From Pelagomonas calceolata (lineage: Eukaryota), in the NCBI GenBank assembly GCA_918797485.1, contig CAKKNE010000002.1, positions 6,014,001 to 6,078,000 of the forward strand: a stretch of 64,000 nucleotides of DNA, in the 5' to 3' direction. The first letter of the stretch is position 1. Each line of letters begins with the position of its first letter. The notes beneath the pieces were generated by a model, which was not told the origin of the DNA, searched no databases, and was given only the letters and a program-made list of their open reading frames with translations. Positions 58,998 to 64,000 of the stretch are shown piece after piece. A program made the position numbers and the translations under genes.

Positions 58998-60608
58998 ATG
59001 CAGCTCGTAGAACCGCTCCTCTTCGTCGCCTACTACTGGGTCTGCCTCTTTTGCACGGAGGAGAGGCTCTGGGCGATCTTTGCGAAGCGGCCGCTCCACA
59101 CGCTGCGGACCTCGTGGTTCGGTTCCAAGCATTTCGTGGTCGCGTACGCCGTGGCGATCCTGCTCTTCGGCGTGGCGCTGCCGCGGAGCTGCGAAGCTAT
59201 GCGTCGTGCCTGTTTTGCCGACATGCAGTGCGCGCGGCGGCTGACGCGCGACGCCTACGGCTGGTACGACGCCGACGACAGCCAGTGGCGCGCGTACCGG
59301 GGGAGCTTCGTCACGCTGCTGCTCGCGGCGGCGGTCACGACGGCGCTCACGCGGCGGATAAAGGCCGAGAAGCCGACGGCGCGCCTCGCGTGCGGCCTCG
59401 CGTTCGTGGCCGTCGCGCACGGCGGCGGCGCCGGCTGCGTCGTCGGCGTCTGCGGGCTGTTCCACGCCGCGTCGTTCCTGCCCCCCGCGCTCGCGGTGCC
59501 GGCCGCCTGGGCGCTGGCGCTCGCGTGCCTGCTGGCCAAGGACCCCGCGCTGCCCTACCGCCGGGCCCTGCCGGCGCCGTGCTGGCCCGTGCTCGGCGCC
59601 GGCATGTACGCCTGGCCCGACGCGCTGCCTTTATTGGTTCTGCGGCTCGTCTCGCACGTCGCCGACGCGGCGCGCGCGCGCAAGCAGGGGACTACTACGA
59701 GACCGGCCGGCTACGACCTGCAGGGTTGCCTCGCGCACGCGCTTTACGCCCCTTTGTACGTCGCGGGGCCCGTCGTCGCCTTCGACGCCTTTCGCAATTC
59801 CAAATCAAAGCCCATATCCGGCGGCGACGTCTCCTACGCGCTGCGCACGCTCATCGTGGGCGGCTTCCTCGAATTGGTGTTGAGACGGTGCCCGGCCTTC
59901 GCCCTGGGCGCGTCGGGCGCGTTCCGGCGGTTGGAAGCCGTCGACATGGCGGCCTTCGCGTTCGTGACGATCAACGTGCTCTGGCTCAAGTTCTGCTTCA
60001 TGTGGCGCGTCGCGCGGAGCTGGGCGCGCTTCGACGGCGTGGACCCGCCCGAGAACATGGGCCGCTTCGTGTGCGACAACTTTGCGGCCGCGGGGTTCTG
60101 GCGGGGCTGGCACGGGTCCTTTAACCGGTGGCTCGTCGCGTATGTGTACCGGCCCCTGCTCGGGGCGAAGGCGTCTTCCGTAAGACGGCTCGCAGCGACG
60201 GGCGTCGTGTTCGCGTTCGTCGCGCTGTGGCACGACGCGCGGCCCAAGCTGTTCGTCTGGGGCCTCGTCAATTTTGTTCTGGTGGGCCTCGAGCGGGTCG
60301 TGGGTGTGGAAGCTCGCGCGAGGCGCGTCGTGGAGCGCGCGGGGCCGCCGGCGTGGGACACCGCGTGCGTCTGCGCGCTCGGCGCGGGCAACATCGTCCT
60401 GTTGATCGGCGGGAACGTCGTGGGCTACGCCGTCGGCGTCGGCGGCGCGACGACCCTGTTTTCGGGCGTCTTCGGGCCCGGGGCGGTGGGCGCCGCGGCC
60501 CTCGCGGCGTGGGTCGTCCTCGGGGCCGGCACGTTCGCGGCGCTCGCCGTGCGGCGCGTCGAGTTTTTTTCGTCGCGTGGTGATAATTATAATGTGAAAT
60601 CCTACTAG
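58998..60608 (+). CDS. MBOAT acyltransferase, GUP1/HHAT family
   Basis: YAPLYVAGP, WLKF, PPENM, FWRGWHGSFNRWL..YVY.PL, FVALWHD. Confidence 0.9.
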   Translation: MQLVEPLLFVAYYWVCLFCTEERLWAIFAKRPLHTLRTSWFGSKHFVVAYAVAILLFGVALPRSCEAMRRACFADMQCARRLTRDAYGWYDADDSQWRAYRGSFVTLLLAAAVTTALTRRIKAEKPTARLACGLAFVAVAHGGGAGCVVGVCGLFHAASFLPPALAVPAAWALALACLLAKDPALPYRRALPAPCWPVLGAGMYAWPDALPLLVLRLVSHVADAARARKQGTTTRPAGYDLQGCLAHALYAPLYVAGPVVAFDAFRNSKSKPISGGDVSYALRTLIVGGFLELVLRRCPAFALGASGAFRRLEAVDMAAFAFVTINVLWLKFCFMWRVARSWARFDGVDPPENMGRFVCDNFAAAGFWRGWHGSFNRWLVAYVYRPLLGAKASSVRRLAATGVVFAFVALWHDARPKLFVWGLVNFVLVGLERVVGVEARARRVVERAGPPAWDTACVCALGAGNIVLLIGGNVVGYAVGVGGATTLFSGVFGPGAVGAAALAAWVVLGAGTFAALAVRRVEFFSSRGDNYNVKSY

Positions 60609-60625
60609 TAGTACACACAACTGAG

Positions 60626-63235
60626 TTAAGAATGACACATCTGGGTGTCGCCACCGGTGCTGCCTAGGCCCGCCGCACACTCCTCCGCCACGCGGCGGCA
60701 CTCCTCGGCGTACGACGCTTGATGAGCGAAGGACCAGTCGTGGTCCCAGAAGCCCGCGAGGCGAAAGCCCCCCGGTCCGAAGCGCCGGGCCTGTCGCGCG
60801 TCGAGGACGACGACGTCGGGCAGCGCGTTGCTGAACGGCTGCCGCGCCATCGGCGGGATTGTGGGCGTCGCAAGGAGCTCGATTGTCGTGTCGAGGGCCT
60901 CGTCGCTCGTCGCCGCGAGGAGCAATGCCAACCGGCCGTCGCGCAGCGGCAAGAGCGACGCGACGCCGAGGTCCCCTGAGAAATAGCAGTCGCCCACAGA
61001 CATGCCGTCCTGACGCAAGCCAAGCGGTGCGGCCGTCTCGTTGAGCGCGCGTTGCGCGGCATCTGAATCACCTCCGACGAGAACGAGGTTCTCGCCTTTG
61101 TCCCGTGCCGCGTCCCAGGAGAATTCTTCGCCAGAAATAGGCGCGCGCGCGTGCCCCGTGAGGTGGAACTGATTTGCCAGGTACGTGGCTAGCCCGAGCG
61201 CCCCCGGCTCATATACAACGCGAAACGCGGACTCGACGACCTGCCGCATCGGACCGGAGCTCCCGGGCCCACGTCCAGTAGCCTCGCACGGGACCCACGC
61301 CGCGTCGGAAGAACGGCAGATCCTCGTCGTCGTATCGGCGATGGCGTCGCCGTCAACAGTATCAAAATGACCAGCCTCGACCGCGAGGCGTCGGACGTTC
61401 TGCGTCCTCAAGCTTCTGTCGGCAATGAGAGCTACTCGCGACGTTCGGAAGGGCACGACCTGCTGCTCGACGCGGAAGCCACACGACCCGAGGACGGCAT
61501 CGACGTTTGTCGTGACGTGTTCATAGCCGATCGGACAGTCGTCCTGGGACGAAAACGCCTCCGCAAAGAACTTTCGTAGCCTCTCGTCATTGACCGTGCC
61601 GCCGTCGTTCGCCACCGCCGTGTCCCACCACCAGTGGCCCTTCGACGGGACCTCCTCGTACTCCGACGAACATCCCTCCAGAAGACGCGCGATGCGGCCC
61701 ACGTGATACGGTGGCACTGCCTCGTCGACCGCCCCAACCCGCAGCAGACTCCTCATGCAGCACAGATTCGACGCGACGGCGTCCACAGCGGAGCCGGCCA
61801 GCGTCGCGTCCAGGACGCCGCGGAGCGCCGGCTCGATCAAGTGGGCCCCCTGGTCGTGGAGGTAGCGCGTGTTCGAGTCGCCGTAGACCTCCTTCCGCGG
61901 CCAGCCCGCGTTGATGGCGACGCCTTTGGCTCCTGAGCCGAGCGCCGCTGCGAGCAAACCGGCGCCGTGGCCACCCATCGAGTGCCCGGCGACGACGATT
62001 TGCGGCAGCCCCGCGCCCCGCCACGCCGTCAGCGCGTCGAGGGCCTTGAGCGCGTGCCGCAGGCCGACGCCCTCCCAGTTGTGGGCACCGTGGCGCGATG
62101 GCGCTAACAAAAACGCACAAGCTCCGGGAACGCCAAACGTGTAGTCAACGTCGTCGCTCGATCCGCGCGGCTTGAATTTGTAGCTGTCCGCCGACGACCT
62201 CGCGGAGACGCCCGTTCCGTGAAGAGCAACCAGGACGCGGAACGGAGCATCTGGGCCGCAAGACGCCGGCGGCCTCACGACCGCGGCGGTCTGCACCGAG
62301 CCATCGCCGTCGAGGAATGCCATCAGCGCGCTCGACGTGGGGGCCCGGCACTCGATCGACACGTCCGCGGTGGCGATGCGTTCGCCGTCCGCTTCGACGG
62401 TGATCGGAACGGATATTTGCTCGCCGGCGGCGGCGCATTTTCTATCGCTGCGCTGCGACAGGCTCGCGCGGAGAGCCGTCACCGTCGCCGGCGGTATTGA
62501 TGTGTCGTCGTCGAGGGCTGTGATGGCAAACGTGCCGTCGGAGGCCAGCGTTACGCGTCGCATCCAGGCCGGCCGCCAGACCTCGACAGAGAGCAGGCCG
62601 CCAAACGGCGAGGCGTCGCCGACCACCCAGTCCGGCACGGCAAGAGAGCGCGCATACGCTTTGGAGCTCCTCCAGACGGAACACCTGACCGAGCCGACGT
62701 GTTTCGCTCGTAGACGCATCCTGATCTCGTGGACTCCCGCATCGAGCTCGTGAGTCGATGCGAGGCTCGGGATATATCTCCCGTAGATGTCGCCGGCCGC
62801 TAACGCGCCGTCGACTCTATACGCGGCGACCCCTTCGCATCGACAGCGGATGGCTCCTGGCGCTCTCGTCTCGAAGCGCGCGACGACCAGCGCTTGCCAC
62901 TCCAGGATCTCTTGTCCGCCTGCTCGATAGAGTGCGTTCCAATCGATGGCGTCAAATGATACGCGCGCGGAGCCGTCGGTGCCTTTCCGCACCGTCTGCC
63001 ACTCGTTGATTACTCCTCCGTTCGCGAGTTCCGAGGGCAGAGGGTGTGATAGGTGCGGTGCTGCTGCGGCGAGCGCGGTCGCGTTGTCGAATGGAGAGCC
63101 CTCGACCTCATCTTTACCACATACAAAAGGCCCAAGTATATCATAGCTGCCCAGAAATATCTGTTTGTTGTGCAGGACGATTGGCGGCACCGAGGAGGCA
63201 CTGCAGAATTGCAGCAATAGTGCTGCTATGAGCAT
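60626..63235 (-). CDS. Secreted alpha/beta-hydrolase (peptidase S9/esterase-like)
   Basis: Signal MLIAALLLQFCSAS; ALHGTGV; GHSMGG nucleophile elbow; GAVDEAVP; GHWW. Confidence 0.8.
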   Translation of the reverse strand: MLIAALLLQFCSASSVPPIVLHNKQIFLGSYDILGPFVCGKDEVEGSPFDNATALAAAAPHLSHPLPSELANGGVINEWQTVRKGTDGSARVSFDAIDWNALYRAGGQEILEWQALVVARFETRAPGAIRCRCEGVAAYRVDGALAAGDIYGRYIPSLASTHELDAGVHEIRMRLRAKHVGSVRCSVWRSSKAYARSLAVPDWVVGDASPFGGLLSVEVWRPAWMRRVTLASDGTFAITALDDDTSIPPATVTALRASLSQRSDRKCAAAGEQISVPITVEADGERIATADVSIECRAPTSSALMAFLDGDGSVQTAAVVRPPASCGPDAPFRVLVALHGTGVSARSSADSYKFKPRGSSDDVDYTFGVPGACAFLLAPSRHGAHNWEGVGLRHALKALDALTAWRGAGLPQIVVAGHSMGGHGAGLLAAALGSGAKGVAINAGWPRKEVYGDSNTRYLHDQGAHLIEPALRGVLDATLAGSAVDAVASNLCCMRSLLRVGAVDEAVPPYHVGRIARLLEGCSSEYEEVPSKGHWWWDTAVANDGGTVNDERLRKFFAEAFSSQDDCPIGYEHVTTNVDAVLGSCGFRVEQQVVPFRTSRVALIADRSLRTQNVRRLAVEAGHFDTVDGDAIADTTTRICRSSDAAWVPCEATGRGPGSSGPMRQVVESAFRVVYEPGALGLATYLANQFHLTGHARAPISGEEFSWDAARDKGENLVLVGGDSDAAQRALNETAAPLGLRQDGMSVGDCYFSGDLGVASLLPLRDGRLALLLAATSDEALDTTIELLATPTIPPMARQPFSNALPDVVVLDARQARRFGPGGFRLAGFWDHDWSFAHQASYAEECRRVAEECAAGLGSTGGDTQMCHS

Positions 63236-63509
63236 AGTTCCTCGATAGCGCTCGCGTGCGCGGCGGTGCGCATAGATGTGCCCTTTTCCAAGCTCTGGAC
63301 GCGATGCGGTGCCCTAGACTGGCGCACGCTGTGCGAGCTCGTAGCTCTCCGGAGCTCCGGTAGAGCTGAGTTGCCTCGCTAGTGTCTTACAGCCGCTAGC
63401 CGTCCATCCTGTCGGTGGTTCGAGGACTAGGCGCCGCCGCATGGCGCCTCCCAAGAAAGAAGACCCAAGATCCCCCTCCCCGCCAGATAAGTCTGGCATG
63501 AAATAAAAC

Positions 63510-64000
63510 TTAAACGGCCGAGCGGGACGACGTCGACGACACGCTCTTCCCCCACGGCTCCACCATGCCCGCCGGCGCGGGACAGCCGCCGGTCATGGGC
63601 GAGATCGTGAAGCTGAGGGAGCCGATCTTCGACCCCTCGGGGCCGTCGGCGCGCCGCGACGCGGCGCGGTAGCTGCCAGCGAGGAAGACGCCTGCCAGGC
63701 CCATCAGGCCGCAGACGACGTAGACGAGCCCGTCCCAGCCGATCGCCGTATACGCGTAGCCCGACGCCAGCGACCCCGCGCCCGCGACGCCGAAGATGAC
63801 GAGGTCGTTGATGCCCTGGACCCGCAGCGCGTCCTTCTTTTCGTAGCAAGCTGTCAGTAAGACCGTACCGCTCGTAAAACATATGTTCCACGCGATGCCG
63901 TTGAACACCATGCCCAAGATGAAATTCCACAACTGCTGAGAAATTGCGAGGATAACCGCACAGATGGCGAAGATGACGAAGCCTAGGCCCGACGCCGCGT
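63510..64000 (-). CDS. 3' part of an MFS transporter, partial
   Basis: GIAWNICFTSGTVLLTACY..RVQGINDL..GSLASG..IGW; runs off the window. Confidence 0.75.
   Translation of the reverse strand, partial: AASGLGFVIFAICAVILAISQQLWNFILGMVFNGIAWNICFTSGTVLLTACYEKKDALRVQGINDLVIFGVAGAGSLASGYAYTAIGWDGLVYVVCGLMGLAGVFLAGSYRAASRRADGPEGSKIGSLSFTISPMTGGCPAPAGMVEPWGKSVSSTSSRSAV

Noticed and set aside
1..64000. Hundreds of overlapping or antisense Arg/Ala/Gly/Pro-rich ORFs in the six-frame track
   Set aside because: Expected shadow ORFs in very GC-rich coding DNA; no domain motifs.

Overview
Gene-dense, GC-rich eukaryotic nuclear DNA, most consistent with a pelagophyte alga (Pelagomonas/Aureococcus-like). This is inferred from compact genes, stramenopile-type signal/transit peptides and TIR-bounded 'introner' introns. 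About 35 protein-coding genes can be supported, including LepA/EF4, PA200/Blm10, an AlkB-type dioxygenase, L-2-hydroxyglutarate dehydrogenase, AsnRS, a J-domain/C5-methyltransferase, a cupin-TPI fusion, an HNH protein, a flavodoxin-like protein, cytochrome b5 reductase, a pseudouridine synthase, ATG14/UVRAG-like, SmE, RINT1-like, Trm13-like, MBOAT and MFS genes. The most striking signal is that all 7 intact tRNA genes I found lie sense-strand inside predicted spliceosomal introns of protein-coding genes. Five form a tight array in one intron, none has a downstream oligo-T terminator, and each host intron is closed by a terminal stem. Two of these tRNAs carry their own archaeal-style bulge-helix-bulge introns at non-canonical positions (T-arm 53/54 and D-loop 21/22). 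Other notable items are a probable CUG-initiated bicistronic locus, a family of DNA-transposon-derived introns with 8-bp target-site duplications, a recurrent 24-bp CTAG-bounded intergenic motif and small MITE-like elements. All exon structures and family assignments come from reading the sequence by eye and have not been tested against transcripts or databases.
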